Source: Candidatus Saccharimonadota bacterium
Lineage (GTDB): Bacteria; Patescibacteriota; Saccharimonadia; Saccharimonadales; Saccharimonadaceae
Assembly: GCA_017406985.1 (NCBI GenBank)
Contig: JAFQXL010000004.1
Coordinates: forward strand, 59,708-123,707
Length of the DNA stretch: 64,000 nt
Reading direction: 5' to 3'
Shown: positions 30,401-39,301 of the stretch, in pieces
How the letters are laid out: the number at the start of each line of letters is the position of its first letter
Numbering within the stretch: position 1 is the stretch's first letter
The notes under the pieces: generated by a model
What the model saw: the letters and a program-made list of their open reading frames with translations, nothing else
What the model was told of the DNA's origin: nothing
Database searches by the model: none
Position numbers and translations under genes: made by a program

Positions 30401-31273
30401 AGAAGGCTTAATTCCTGCCGCTTTCATACCTTCGACAAGTTTAAGGCGCTTAACGATTTTACGTTCTCTTTGGCCTTTAGCCTCTTCAGCTTCTTTAGCT
30501 AAGCTTTCAATCATCTGATCGACGTCAATTTCGTCGAGCATTTTCTTAATCGCGCCAGCGCCCATCTCCGCGGTAATAAACTCTTCATATTCTTCAGGAA
30601 GATTTCTAAAATCAACCTCAGAGATAGTTGCACCTTTTTTGAGACCTTCGAGAATAGATTTATTGTTCTGATATTCAACTTCGAGTTCTTCAGTCTCTTT
30701 AGCCTCTTTTTCAGCGAGCTCTTTAGCGTTTGCGCCTTCAGCTTTAGCCTCTTCTTCATAGCGAATTTTAATCGCCGAGAGAGCAGCTTCATGCTGAGCG
30801 GTTAAATCATTTAAAGTAGTCGCGATTTCGTCGTCTTTCGCATCTACGATAAGATAAGAAGCGAAATAAACAACTTTCTCGATATTCTTAACGGTTAAGT
30901 CAAGAAGTAGAGAGATTGCAGACGGAGTTCCGCGCATAAACCAGACGTGCGCAACTGGCGCTGCAAGTTTAATGTGTCCCATACGCTCGCGACGAACAAT
31001 CGACTTCGTAACGAGATTACCGTCTTTATCGACTGCGGCTTCGCGAGAACGAACACCTTTAAGTTTAGAATCGTGAGGGTTAATGTCTTTTACTGGACCG
31101 AAGATACGTTCACAGAAAAGACCATCACGCTCAGGTTTTTGAGTTCGGTAGTTAATCGTCTCCGGTTTTGTAACTTCACCATAGCTCCAGCTTAAAATAT
31201 CTTCTGGGCTAGCGACGCTAAGGCGAATTGAATCGAAGTCCGAGGCCGAAATATAATTATCCATCCAAGCCAT
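27407..31273 (-). CDS. rpoC: RNA polymerase beta' subunit
   Basis: 'NADYDGD' catalytic motif, 'GKRVDYSGR', 'GEPGTQLT'; start revised to MAWMDN. Confidence 0.98.
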   Translation of the reverse strand: MAWMDNYISASDFDSIRLSVASPEDILSWSYGEVTKPETINYRTQKPERDGLFCERIFGPVKDINPHDSKLKGVRSREAAVDKDGNLVTKSIVRRERMGHIKLAAPVAHVWFMRGTPSAISLLLDLTVKNIEKVVYFASYLIVDAKDDEIATTLNDLTAQHEAALSAIKIRYEEEAKAEGANAKELAEKEAKETEELEVEYQNNKSILEGLKKGATISEVDFRNLPEEYEEFITAEMGAGAIKKMLDEIDVDQMIESLAKEAEEAKGQRERKIVKRLKLVEGMKAAGIKPSDLILTVIPVIPPDLRPMIALPGGRFATSDLNDLYRRVINRNNRLKKLLDLNAPEVIVHNEMRMLQEAVDALIDNNASHGRAANSQNGRRKLKSLSDLLKGKQGRFRQNLLGKRVDYSGRSVIVVGPDLKLNECGLPKQMALELFKPFVVSWLISNEHATNPRIASRMIEAGESVVWDALDEVIKGRYVLLNRAPSLHRLSIQAFQPKLIDGKAIQLHPLVASGFNADYDGDQMAVHLPLSDEAQAEARELMSAGKNLLKPADGAPVLAIYQDVVLGIYYLTYDKPGTDTENVKAYSSIYEAEMAYDNGDIALQTPIRVFAKKEIRNTTLGRVIFNEILPEDYPFDNNVQTSKQLKKVMANIFDNYGPEVTVKTADALKNLAFEYETVASVSTCKDDYPTYPEIQDFIAEGDSKTALIQDQFNQGLVTEEERQKLTIANWRDIDKKISDFLKDKLSTLDTDIAVMTNSGARGSVSNIKLASAEIGIMVDINNNEIELPVKSSYKQGLNTLESFIATRGARQGQVSTALRTADSGYLTRRLVDVAQDVFTTDEEAEDPGFTVIKSEVRDAGVEFSAWISGRFTAAPIPGYLEADELITPEIAAQLDEDDNIESVKIQSILTTKAVNGIPRKAYGIDMSTRSLVAANQPVGVIAAQSLGEPGTQLTLDTKHGSGVAGSGAIARGLPRVEELLEARNPKGQAWISTIDGTCEVWEDGNHYVVQITPLAGKTEKVMLEGRRAKVKDGAKVKAGDVIASKNKGVEPIVASFDGIAQLVEGGIVLTADAGSPVKIEIPVEAEMLVKSGDTVSAGDRLTTGSLNLQDQLKYKGAEETARYIMNDVLAVYAAQGHEISAKHLEIIVRQMFSRVVIDEEGDSNFVVGDIVSNAAVVAENEELAKKKKAPAKYTQLLLGITKVSIWSDSFLSAASFQDTTRVLINASINGRVDKLHGLKENVIIGRKIPVGTGKDPIPAEDPAEVQARLDAREEGVSEEEIAEEVKEA

Positions 31274-31274
31274 A

Positions 31275-34200
31275 TTATAGCTCCTCCTCATCGCCGAAGT
31301 CGACGGTTCCATCTTCGCTTTCTAACTCTTCGTCAGTCGGCTCTTCAATTTCTTCGCCATCTTCGTCGGTTATTGTTATTCCTTCGCTGTCGAGGGCTTC
31401 GCGTGATTCTTCTTCGGTTAAATCAATCGTATCATTTCCCTCTTCAGGCTTATTCTTGTTATAAATTAATTTATCGTCTTGAGCTTTCTCAATTTCGCGA
31501 GAAGTCTGTTCAATTACAGAGTCAGCATCTGCCGATTCGCCGTGATCTAAGAGATCAACTTTAAGACCAAGACCTTGAAGCTCTTTAACGAGGACGTTAA
31601 AGCCTTCAGGAAGCTTTGGACCTTCAATCGGCTCATGTTTAATAATCGACTCATAAGCCTTCGCACGTCCATAGACATCATCAGACTTAATTGTTAGCAT
31701 CTCTTGGAGAGTAGAAGCGGCACCATAAGCCTCGAGCGCCCAAACCTCCATTTCTCCGAAACGCTGACCACCGTTCTGCGCCTTACCGCCGAGAGGCTGT
31801 TGAGTAACCATGGTGTAAGGACCAGTCGAACGAGCGTGAATCTTATCTTCAACCATGTGGTGAAGTTTAATCATGTGCATAACGCCGACCGAAGTCTTTT
31901 CGTTAAACGGTTCGCCAGTAAGACCATCATAGAGCTGGACACGGCCGTTTCGATCGAAGCCGGCTTTTTCGAGCTCGTCAGAGATAGTTTCGTCCGCGAC
32001 ACCGTTAAAGGAAGGGGTGGCGACTTCATATCCTAAGGCTCTTGCCGCCATACCGAGGTGGATTTCAAAGAGCTGTCCGAGGTTCATACGGCTCGGGACG
32101 CCCATCGGAGAAAGAACAACGTCAATCGGAGTTCCGTCTTCCATGAACGGCATATCTTCAACCGGAAGGATTCTCGAGACGACACCTTTGTTACCGTGAC
32201 GACCAGAGAGCTTATCGCCGACTTGAATCTTTCTCATTTCAGCGACAAAGATTTTAATCTGCATAATTACGCCAGCTTTAAGCTCGTGGCCCTGTTCGCG
32301 AGTATAGACACGAACGCCAACGACCTTACCGCTAGAGCTTCCGTTCATACGAACCGAAGTATCGCGAACGTCTTTAGCTTTTTCGCCGAAGATAGCGCGG
32401 AGGAGTCTTTCCTCAGAACTTAATTCTTGTTCGCCTTTCGGGGTAATTTTTCCGACGAGAATATCGCCCGCGGAAACTTCAGAACCAACGGTAACGATAC
32501 CGTCTTCGCCGAGATGTCTTAAGGCGTGTTCAGAAACGTTAGGAATATCTCTTGTAACCTGTTCCGGTCCGAGTTTAGTTTCACGAACTTCAACGTCGAA
32601 ATCTTTAATGTTAATCGAAGTTAAACTATCGTCTTCGACGAGTCTTCTAGAGATAACGATTGCGTCATCCATGTTATAACCACGCCAAGGCATAAAGGCG
32701 ACAACGAGGTTCTGTCCGAGCGCAAGTTCGCCGTTATTAATCGAAGCACCTTCGATTAGAGCGTCGCCCGCTGAGACTTTTTGTCCGCGCGAAACAACGG
32801 TTCTCTGGTTATAACAACGGTCGTCGTTAGTTTTCTCAAAGTGGTTAACTTTATATTCTTTTTCGCCAAGTTTTCCGTCATATTTAACGATAACAGATTC
32901 GCCATCGGCTTTAATAACGGTTCCTTTAGCTTCAGCCATAATAAGCTGGGAAGTATTTTTAGCGACTTCTTTTTCAATTCCGGTTCCAACCGTCGGAGCC
33001 TCAGTGTGGAGTAGAGGCACAGCCTGTTTCTGCATCGCGCAAGCCATGAGCGAGCGGTCAACACGGTTTTTCTCAACAAACGGAATTAAGGAAGCGGAGA
33101 CGCCGAGAATTTCTTTATGAGCGGCGTCGATATGAGTAACACGAGAAGACTCGACTTGAGCCGGCTGTCCGTGAACACGAGCAGAAACCCATTCGTCAAC
33201 GAATTTACCGTTTTTATCGAGCTTAACGGATGTATCCGCGATAATCATATTCTCTTCTTGAGCGGCGTCGACATAGACGACTTCGTCAGTAACTTTACCG
33301 TTTTTAACGACGCGATAAGGTGCTTCGATAAAGCCATATTCGTTAATTCTTGCGTAAGTCGCAAGATTAAGAACGAGACCGACGTTTCCACCTTCTGGAG
33401 TCTCAACGGTACAGATACGACCGTAGTGAGTAGGGTGAGCATCGCGGACATCGAAGCCGGCGCGTTCCCTCGTTAGACCACCAGGTCCCATCGAGCTTAG
33501 ACGGCGCTTATGCGCAAGCTCAGAGAACGGGTTAGTTTCGTCCATGAGCTGTGAAAGCTGGGACGTAGAGAAGAACTCTTTTACTGCCGCCGTAACCGGA
33601 CGCGGATTTAAGAGCTGGCTCGGAGTAACTTCTTCCGGATTAGCCATCGACATACGGTCGAGGATATTTCGCTGTAAGCGAAGCATACCGAGACGGAATT
33701 GTCTCTGGACGAGTTCGCCGACGAGTTTAACACGGCGGTTCGCGAGCGAGTCAATATCGTCTGCCGGTTCTTGAGTATTATTTAAGCGGATAATTTCGCT
33801 AATAATCGCGATAAGATCCTGCATCTGAAGAGTTCGGTGTTTCGAATCGTTCGGAGTATCGAAACCGAGCCTCTGATTCATCTTAAAGCGACCGACCATA
33901 GAATAATCGTAGCGCTTATAATCGAAGAAGGTTCTCTCGACCATTGATTTTGCGTTCTCGACCGTAGCGAGATCGCCCGGACGGAGACGGCGATAAACCT
34001 CAAGAAGCGCCGTCGCTTGAGAGCTCGAAGTATCTTTCGAGAAGGTATCTTCAATATATTTAACTGGACCGTTATCGACTTTCTCGAAGTTTTTCTTAAT
34101 TTCGTCCTCTTTCATACCGAGAGCACGAAGGAAAGTCGTTACCGGAATTTTACGGCGACGGTCGATTTTAACGAAGATTCCGCCAGAGACCGCAGTCTCG

Positions 34201-34706
34201 AACTCGAGCCAAGCACCGCGTCCCGGAATAACCTTTGCGCCATAATAATTTTTACCGTTAACGTTTTCAGCGTTGAAGAAAACGCCCGCCGAACGGATTA
34301 ACTGGGAAACGACAACACGCTCAGTCCCGTTAATAATAAAGGTTGCGCGGTCGGTCATCCAAGGATAATCACCGAAGTAAATATCTTGTTCTTTTTTCTC
34401 GCCAGTTACCTTATTTAAGAGTTCGACCTTAACGTGAAGCGGAGCTTCATAGGTCGTCATATTATATTTAGCTTCTTCGACCGTCATTTTCGGTTCCTTG
34501 AACTCATAGTCGCGGAAGCTAAGGGAGAACTTTTGCCCGGTATAGTCGTCAATCGGGTTTAGTTCAGTAAAGACCTCTCTGAGGCCAGATTTAACGAAGT
34601 CTTCAAAAGAATCCTTCTGGTGAGTCGTTAAATCAGGAATCGGAAGCTCATCGCCCTCTGTAAAAAAGACGCGAGAACCGACTTTATTAGTGGTTTTATC
34701 AGTCAC
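31275..34706 (-). CDS. rpoB: RNA polymerase beta subunit
   Basis: 'GDKLSGRHGNKG', 'GGQRFGEMEVWALEAYGA'. Confidence 0.98.
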   Translation of the reverse strand: MTDKTTNKVGSRVFFTEGDELPIPDLTTHQKDSFEDFVKSGLREVFTELNPIDDYTGQKFSLSFRDYEFKEPKMTVEEAKYNMTTYEAPLHVKVELLNKVTGEKKEQDIYFGDYPWMTDRATFIINGTERVVVSQLIRSAGVFFNAENVNGKNYYGAKVIPGRGAWLEFETAVSGGIFVKIDRRRKIPVTTFLRALGMKEDEIKKNFEKVDNGPVKYIEDTFSKDTSSSQATALLEVYRRLRPGDLATVENAKSMVERTFFDYKRYDYSMVGRFKMNQRLGFDTPNDSKHRTLQMQDLIAIISEIIRLNNTQEPADDIDSLANRRVKLVGELVQRQFRLGMLRLQRNILDRMSMANPEEVTPSQLLNPRPVTAAVKEFFSTSQLSQLMDETNPFSELAHKRRLSSMGPGGLTRERAGFDVRDAHPTHYGRICTVETPEGGNVGLVLNLATYARINEYGFIEAPYRVVKNGKVTDEVVYVDAAQEENMIIADTSVKLDKNGKFVDEWVSARVHGQPAQVESSRVTHIDAAHKEILGVSASLIPFVEKNRVDRSLMACAMQKQAVPLLHTEAPTVGTGIEKEVAKNTSQLIMAEAKGTVIKADGESVIVKYDGKLGEKEYKVNHFEKTNDDRCYNQRTVVSRGQKVSAGDALIEGASINNGELALGQNLVVAFMPWRGYNMDDAIVISRRLVEDDSLTSINIKDFDVEVRETKLGPEQVTRDIPNVSEHALRHLGEDGIVTVGSEVSAGDILVGKITPKGEQELSSEERLLRAIFGEKAKDVRDTSVRMNGSSSGKVVGVRVYTREQGHELKAGVIMQIKIFVAEMRKIQVGDKLSGRHGNKGVVSRILPVEDMPFMEDGTPIDVVLSPMGVPSRMNLGQLFEIHLGMAARALGYEVATPSFNGVADETISDELEKAGFDRNGRVQLYDGLTGEPFNEKTSVGVMHMIKLHHMVEDKIHARSTGPYTMVTQQPLGGKAQNGGQRFGEMEVWALEAYGAASTLQEMLTIKSDDVYGRAKAYESIIKHEPIEGPKLPEGFNVLVKELQGLGLKVDLLDHGESADADSVIEQTSREIEKAQDDKLIYNKNKPEEGNDTIDLTEEESREALDSEGITITDEDGEEIEEPTDEELESEDGTVDFGDEEEL

Positions 34707-34870
34707 TTTTACCCCTGTTTAATTAAGTTATTTAGTTTGATATCTTTGGCTACTTAAAGATACTGTTTCGATTTTACAGAGTGCCGTCGCCAGAGCACCC
34801 CGCTCCACAAAAAATCAAAACAAACTACTTCTGTTTCTATCTTACATTATTTTTAAAAAATTTGCAATAG

Positions 34871-35003
34871 AAAAAACCAAAAAGGCGCCTTTTTCGCTAG
34901 TCTCTCACGCTAGCAAGGCGCGTTTTTAGTCATATAAGCTCTCAACTTATTATTGTATAAGTTAAGCTCGCAGTTTAGTTTAACTTATATCATTTAGAAC
35001 TTA
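34871..35003 (-). ncRNA. Candidate orphan sRNA (~130 nt)
   Basis: TTGACT(35032-35037)-17-TATACT(35009-35014) promoter; internal hairpins; terminator 34885-34921 plus T-run. Confidence 0.45.
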
Positions 35004-35134
35004 TATAAAGTATAAAGCGTAGGCTTTTTAAAGTCAATAGGTTTTTTGAAGATTTTTTAAGTATTTTTTACAACACTTAAGCTTTCTACCTCTGTTTCAG
35101 ATGTGGATAAAATTTAGGTAAATTTTACAACAAA

Positions 35135-35557
35135 TTAAATATCTAAGTCATCTAAATCGGCGAGGTCGGCGCGAGTTTTCTCGGCAAGATCACTTGTCGG
35201 CTCTTCGATTCCGTCGATTTCTTCGTCAGCAACGGTTCTTACCGCGGTCGGCTCGGTATGTTCATAGTCATTTTCGCTATCGTCGCTCGAAATTGTTCCG
35301 ACGCGGTCTCCGTCGGTATTAACGATTTTAAGATTATAGCGAGCATCATTTTTAGTTCCGAGAGCTCGGAGAAGCGTGCGGATACTTTGTGCGGTAGCGC
35401 CGCGACGGCCGATAACTCTTCCGACATCTTCCGGATCAACACTAAGGCTTAAAAGGACACCTTTTTCGTCGATTTTACGTTCAATATCTACTTTGTCTGG
35501 ATTGTTTACGAGGGTTTTTACGATATATTCTACGAATTGCTGGTCAATTGTTGCCAT
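35135..35557 (-). CDS. khpA: KH-domain RNA-binding protein (KhpA)
   Basis: 'DVGRVIGRRGATA'; downstream of rpsP. Confidence 0.9.
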   Translation of the reverse strand: MATIDQQFVEYIVKTLVNNPDKVDIERKIDEKGVLLSLSVDPEDVGRVIGRRGATAQSIRTLLRALGTKNDARYNLKIVNTDGDRVGTISSDDSENDYEHTEPTAVRTVADEEIDGIEEPTSDLAEKTRADLADLDDLDI

Positions 35558-35645
35558 GTCTGGATCTCCAAATTTTTAGTTTTTAATCTAATTTTATTAT
35601 ATCATAACCATTAAAAAATCTCGCGAAATTGCGAGATTTTTTATA

Positions 35646-36011
35646 TTAAGCCTCCGCAGGAGTTTCAGCAGGGGCTTCCGCCGGAGCTTCTTCTTCCTTT
35701 GGCTGATTCTTACGGAGCTTATCGGCGTGTTTTGCTTTGGCATGTTTAACCGGAGCATCTTTAACCCAAGACGGGAGTTTTACGCCGTTTTCCTTAAGAA
35801 CGCGCGCAACGCGAGTACTCGGTTTTGCGCCATTTTTAAGATAAAACTCAACCTTTTCCTTATCAAGGACGGTATTTTTAGTGTGGGGGTTATAATTGCC
35901 GACCTCAGCCACAACGCGTCCCGAAAGAGGGTGACGTTGCGATTCTTGGACGACTATCCGATACACAGGTAAATGTGTTCGGCCATTACGCTGCATTCTA
36001 ATCGCAAGCAT
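35646..36011 (-). CDS. rpsP: 30S ribosomal protein S16
   Basis: 'MLAIRMQRNG', 'YRIVV', 'GNYNP', 'GAKPS'. Confidence 0.95.
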   Translation of the reverse strand: MLAIRMQRNGRTHLPVYRIVVQESQRHPLSGRVVAEVGNYNPHTKNTVLDKEKVEFYLKNGAKPSTRVARVLKENGVKLPSWVKDAPVKHAKAKHADKLRKNQPKEEEAPAEAPAETPAEA

Positions 36012-36102
36012 GGTTTCTCCTTAAAATTAATTAACTTTAATCATAATATCATATTCTTAATAAAAATTCAAGAGAAAAGCCCCAGAGATTTCTGAGGCTA
36101 TA

Positions 36103-36837
36103 TAAGTGATTTAGCTAGGTCCTTTGTTCTTTGGATTCATTCGAGCGGCGCGGTTATTTCGGTCGCGCGCTTTCGCCTTTTCGCGCTTTTTCTTGAAGTT
36201 TACTTTATAGCTTTCGTTTTCTGCGAAAGCTTTTTCCATCTCCCTTATATTTATCGGCTCAACATAGCCGTAAGGATTTTTCTTAAACTTCAAGAGCGCT
36301 TTCTTTACAAACTTATTGCGATAGAACTCGCGGCGACAGGGGCCGTCCCAGTCTTCGCGAGCAAAGGCGCTCATAAAGGTCTTCTTGTATCCTTCCGTAA
36401 TTCTCGGATCGACATTCGCCTCGATAGCGGCTTTTTTGAGAGCTTCGAAAGAGTCTCGATATTCGTCCCATTCTTTCGCCGCCTTACTAAAGAGCTCGTC
36501 TTGGTTATTACAGCCATGCTTATCGGTCATAAGATAGATATGATAATTATAGGCGAGTTCCTTCTCAGGGTTATCTTCAAAGTCTTTCGGCTCGGGAGTG
36601 TCCCGAAGAGCTAAATAAAGGTGCCATGTCTGGGAAAACTTTCCGGATTTATCAAGAAACTCCTTTAATTTTTCCCAATAGCGCCTTGACTGATAAGGTT
36701 TACAGATCTGAATCTTTTCTTCTTTATAAAGCTCCTTCTCACCGTTTAGATTTATATACAGTTGACCAGGAATGCTACTATTTTTTAACTTGCTTGCCAT
36801 TTTACCACCTCCCCTGGTAGAATAGCTAAATCACTTA
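36103..36837. repeat. 15-bp perfect inverted repeats (36103-36117 / 36823-36837) flanking one gene
   Basis: taagtgatttagcta and tagctaaatcactta. Confidence 0.85.
36111..36800 (-). CDS. Hypothetical protein (basic C-terminus)
   Basis: 229-aa ORF with SD ggaggt; no recognisable family. Confidence 0.65.
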   Translation of the reverse strand: MASKLKNSSIPGQLYINLNGEKELYKEEKIQICKPYQSRRYWEKLKEFLDKSGKFSQTWHLYLALRDTPEPKDFEDNPEKELAYNYHIYLMTDKHGCNNQDELFSKAAKEWDEYRDSFEALKKAAIEANVDPRITEGYKKTFMSAFAREDWDGPCRREFYRNKFVKKALLKFKKNPYGYVEPINIREMEKAFAENESYKVNFKKKREKAKARDRNNRAARMNPKNKGPS

Positions 36838-36904
36838 CTTATATTATAGCATAAACGGCTTAAAAAAGCAAGTATTATATAATACAAGCGGGGTTTTGTC
36901 CGGT

Positions 36905-37058
36905 AAAAAAGTAAGTTCCTAATTTTCTCGGACTACGGAGTTCTCCGGCCCGTCTTCACGGGCGGAGCCTCCTCTGCCTGAGCTTCGCTCACGCGTCCCA
37001 AGGGGCGAACGCTAGCTGAGCTCCGGCAGGTCCTCGAAAACTAGGAAACTTACTTTTT
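36905..37058 (-). repeat. Structured intergenic element, copy 2 (3' of rnc)
   Basis: Same conserved cores as 19660-19778, with compensatory changes in the stems. Confidence 0.7.
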
Positions 37059-37086
37059 CTACAAAAGGCGGCGCCACCCCTCGCTT

Positions 37087-37956
37087 TTATAGACTTTTAG
37101 GCGAAAGCCTTCCGTTGTCGATTTGATCAAGGTTCTTCAGCGACTTATAATAGCGAATCGCTTCTTTTGCAGCGAGAGTTTGCGCCTCTTGCTTCGAATG
37201 GCCGGAGCCTTCGCCCCGAACCGTCTTACCGACTTGAACAACAACAGTATAAAATCTATTATGATCTGGGCCTTCTTCGCTAACCGTGCGATAGACCGGA
37301 ATAACCATCTCAGTTTTCTGTGTTAGCTCTTGAAGATAAGACTTCGGATCGCGCCAAGATTCCTCTTCGACCATCTTTTCAGTCTTTGAGAGGATATATT
37401 TATAAATATGTCTTTTCGCGGCTTCATAACCCTGATCGACATAAATCGCGCCGGTAACCGCTTCAAAACAGTCCGCAACAATAGATTGATGGGAGCGCTC
37501 GCCGTTTTTTCCACTCTGTTCGCCTTTCGAGAGGCGAATTAAGTGGACATAGCCGATTTCTTCGCTAGCTGCGGCGATAGACTCCGTTCGGACTAAAGCC
37601 GAGCGCCAAGCGGTCATAATCCCCTCATGTTCGTTAAAATGACGGAAGATAAAATCAGAAGTCACGAGCTCTAAAATCGCGTCGCCGAGAAACTCGAGGC
37701 GTTCGTTATGTTCGATATTAACCTTACGATGTTCATTAACATAACTACGGTGAGTTAAAGCGGTAATAAAAAGGGTAATATCTCTAAACTCAAAACCGAG
37801 ATGTTCTTTTGCAAAATCTTGATATTCCTTGAGAGTCTCTTCAGAAAAAACCTCTTTCGGACGGTTGTCGTCTTTGGCGTCGCCTAAAACGTTAATCTGT
37901 TTTTTTATTCTCTCAATTGAGATTCCGAACTCCGCCGGATTTAAGCCTTCGTTCAT
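37087..37956 (-). CDS. rnc: Ribonuclease III
   Basis: 'HNERLEFLGDAIL', 'ADCFEA', dsRBD 'DPKSYLQE...GEGSGHSKQEA'. Confidence 0.95.
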   Translation of the reverse strand: MNEGLNPAEFGISIERIKKQINVLGDAKDDNRPKEVFSEETLKEYQDFAKEHLGFEFRDITLFITALTHRSYVNEHRKVNIEHNERLEFLGDAILELVTSDFIFRHFNEHEGIMTAWRSALVRTESIAAASEEIGYVHLIRLSKGEQSGKNGERSHQSIVADCFEAVTGAIYVDQGYEAAKRHIYKYILSKTEKMVEEESWRDPKSYLQELTQKTEMVIPVYRTVSEEGPDHNRFYTVVVQVGKTVRGEGSGHSKQEAQTLAAKEAIRYYKSLKNLDQIDNGRLSPKSL

Positions 37957-37958
37957 AA

Positions 37959-38549
37959 TTAAAAATCTCCTGCGCGAATTTTTTTCTTCGCAATCAGCAT
38001 TAGTTTTTCAATATCTTCATATTCAATCGCGTTTAACGCGTCGTTAAACTTGAACCATCTAATTCCGTTCATCCATTTTTCTTTCGTCGGGGTTTCGCTT
38101 TTATCGATTGCGCGGACGAGATAGACTTGAGTCGTCATAAGGACTAGTTTATCTAGCCTACGATATTTAAAATGGATTTTTCCGAGCCAAGTTAAAACTT
38201 GGATATGCTGTAGACCGGCCTCTTCGCCAATTTCGCGAATCGCGGTCATTTTAGCGGTTTCTCCCTGTTCGATATGTCCTTTAGGAATAGTCCAACGGTT
38301 TTTAGAATCTTGAATCAATAAAATCTCAATATCTTTGCCGTCAGGGGTAATCCGAAAGACGATACCGCCAGAGGTTGGCTCGCGGACGATTTCTTGAATC
38401 GCCGGTTTTCGATGAAAAGTTCCTCGATGGATTTTAGAATTAGATGACTCGTCAAATTTTTCAGGCAGGGCTTCGGGAACCTTACGCGTCTGCCTTCTCG
38501 TCGGAGTCGACTTTCGCGTCGGCGTCCTTCGGTTCTTTGGACTTGTCAT
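37959..38549 (-). CDS. NUDIX hydrolase
   Basis: Nudix box '[23 protein letters not shown]'. Confidence 0.9.
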   Translation of the reverse strand: MTSPKNRRTPTRKSTPTRRQTRKVPEALPEKFDESSNSKIHRGTFHRKPAIQEIVREPTSGGIVFRITPDGKDIEILLIQDSKNRWTIPKGHIEQGETAKMTAIREIGEEAGLQHIQVLTWLGKIHFKYRRLDKLVLMTTQVYLVRAIDKSETPTKEKWMNGIRWFKFNDALNAIEYEDIEKLMLIAKKKIRAGDF

Positions 38550-38994
38550 TCTTATTTTCTTCCTCTTCTCCTAAACCAAGCTCTTTAAACGCAGTTCCAA
38601 GTACGCCGTTAATAAAGCGCGACGAATTATCCGAGCCGAAGGCTTTCGCTAACTCGACGGCTTCGTTAATCGCGACTTTCGGCGGAACGTTTCTGCTCTC
38701 GAGTTCGTAAAGTCCAATTCGGAGGACGTTTCGATCAATCGCAGCGATTGTATCGATCGGCCATTCCGGCGCAAGCGGGCGAAGTTCTTCGTCAAGTTTC
38801 TGAGTATTATCGACTACGCCTTTTGCGAGACCATAAACAAACTCGGTATCACCAAGAGCCTTAGAATAGGGTTGAATATTTTTTGCGACAATGGTATTTA
38901 TATCGGCTGTGGCGTCGCCCGCCTTAATACGGAACTCGTATTCGTACAAGCTCTGTAACGATATAATTCTGCCTAGGTGCCGATTACTTGCCAT
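38482..38994 (-). CDS. nusB: Transcription antitermination factor NusB
   Basis: 'DRNVLRIG', '[11 protein letters not shown]', 'FINGVLG'. Confidence 0.95.
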   Translation of the reverse strand: MASNRHLGRIISLQSLYEYEFRIKAGDATADINTIVAKNIQPYSKALGDTEFVYGLAKGVVDNTQKLDEELRPLAPEWPIDTIAAIDRNVLRIGLYELESRNVPPKVAINEAVELAKAFGSDNSSRFINGVLGTAFKELGLGEEEENKNDKSKEPKDADAKVDSDEKADA

Positions 38995-39230
38995 TATTTA
39001 CCGCTTTTCTTGCAATTTTTACACTTACAATCTTTACAGTCGCACTTTCTACAGTCACAACCACAAGCTTTGCATTTATTAGTTTTTACCTTTAAATTAG
39101 GCGTTTTTTTCGCGGTCTCGAAAGCCTTGACCGGAGATTTCTTGTTAACCATGCGAGCAAGCTTCAAGCGAAGATGGCTTCTTCGAAGGCCAGTCTTTCT
39201 CGGGCTACTCTGTTTTTTAGGTTCAGGCAC
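38994..39230 (-). CDS. rpmF: 50S ribosomal protein L32 with Cys-rich C-terminal extension
   Basis: '[16 protein letters not shown]'; position upstream of nusB; tail [22 protein letters not shown]. Confidence 0.85.
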   Translation of the reverse strand: MPEPKKQSSPRKTGLRRSHLRLKLARMVNKKSPVKAFETAKKTPNLKVKTNKCKACGCDCRKCDCKDCKCKNCKKSGK

Positions 39231-39301
39231 TTTATGCTCCTTTTTTAATACGTAATTTAGACTATAATATCACTTTTTGAAGCGATTTGCAAGGGGTAAA
39301 T

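Noticed and set aside
33430-33600. RpoB rifampicin-pocket substitutions
   Set aside because: Key Q, D, H, R and S residues are retained; the neighbouring changes cannot be interpreted without an alignment
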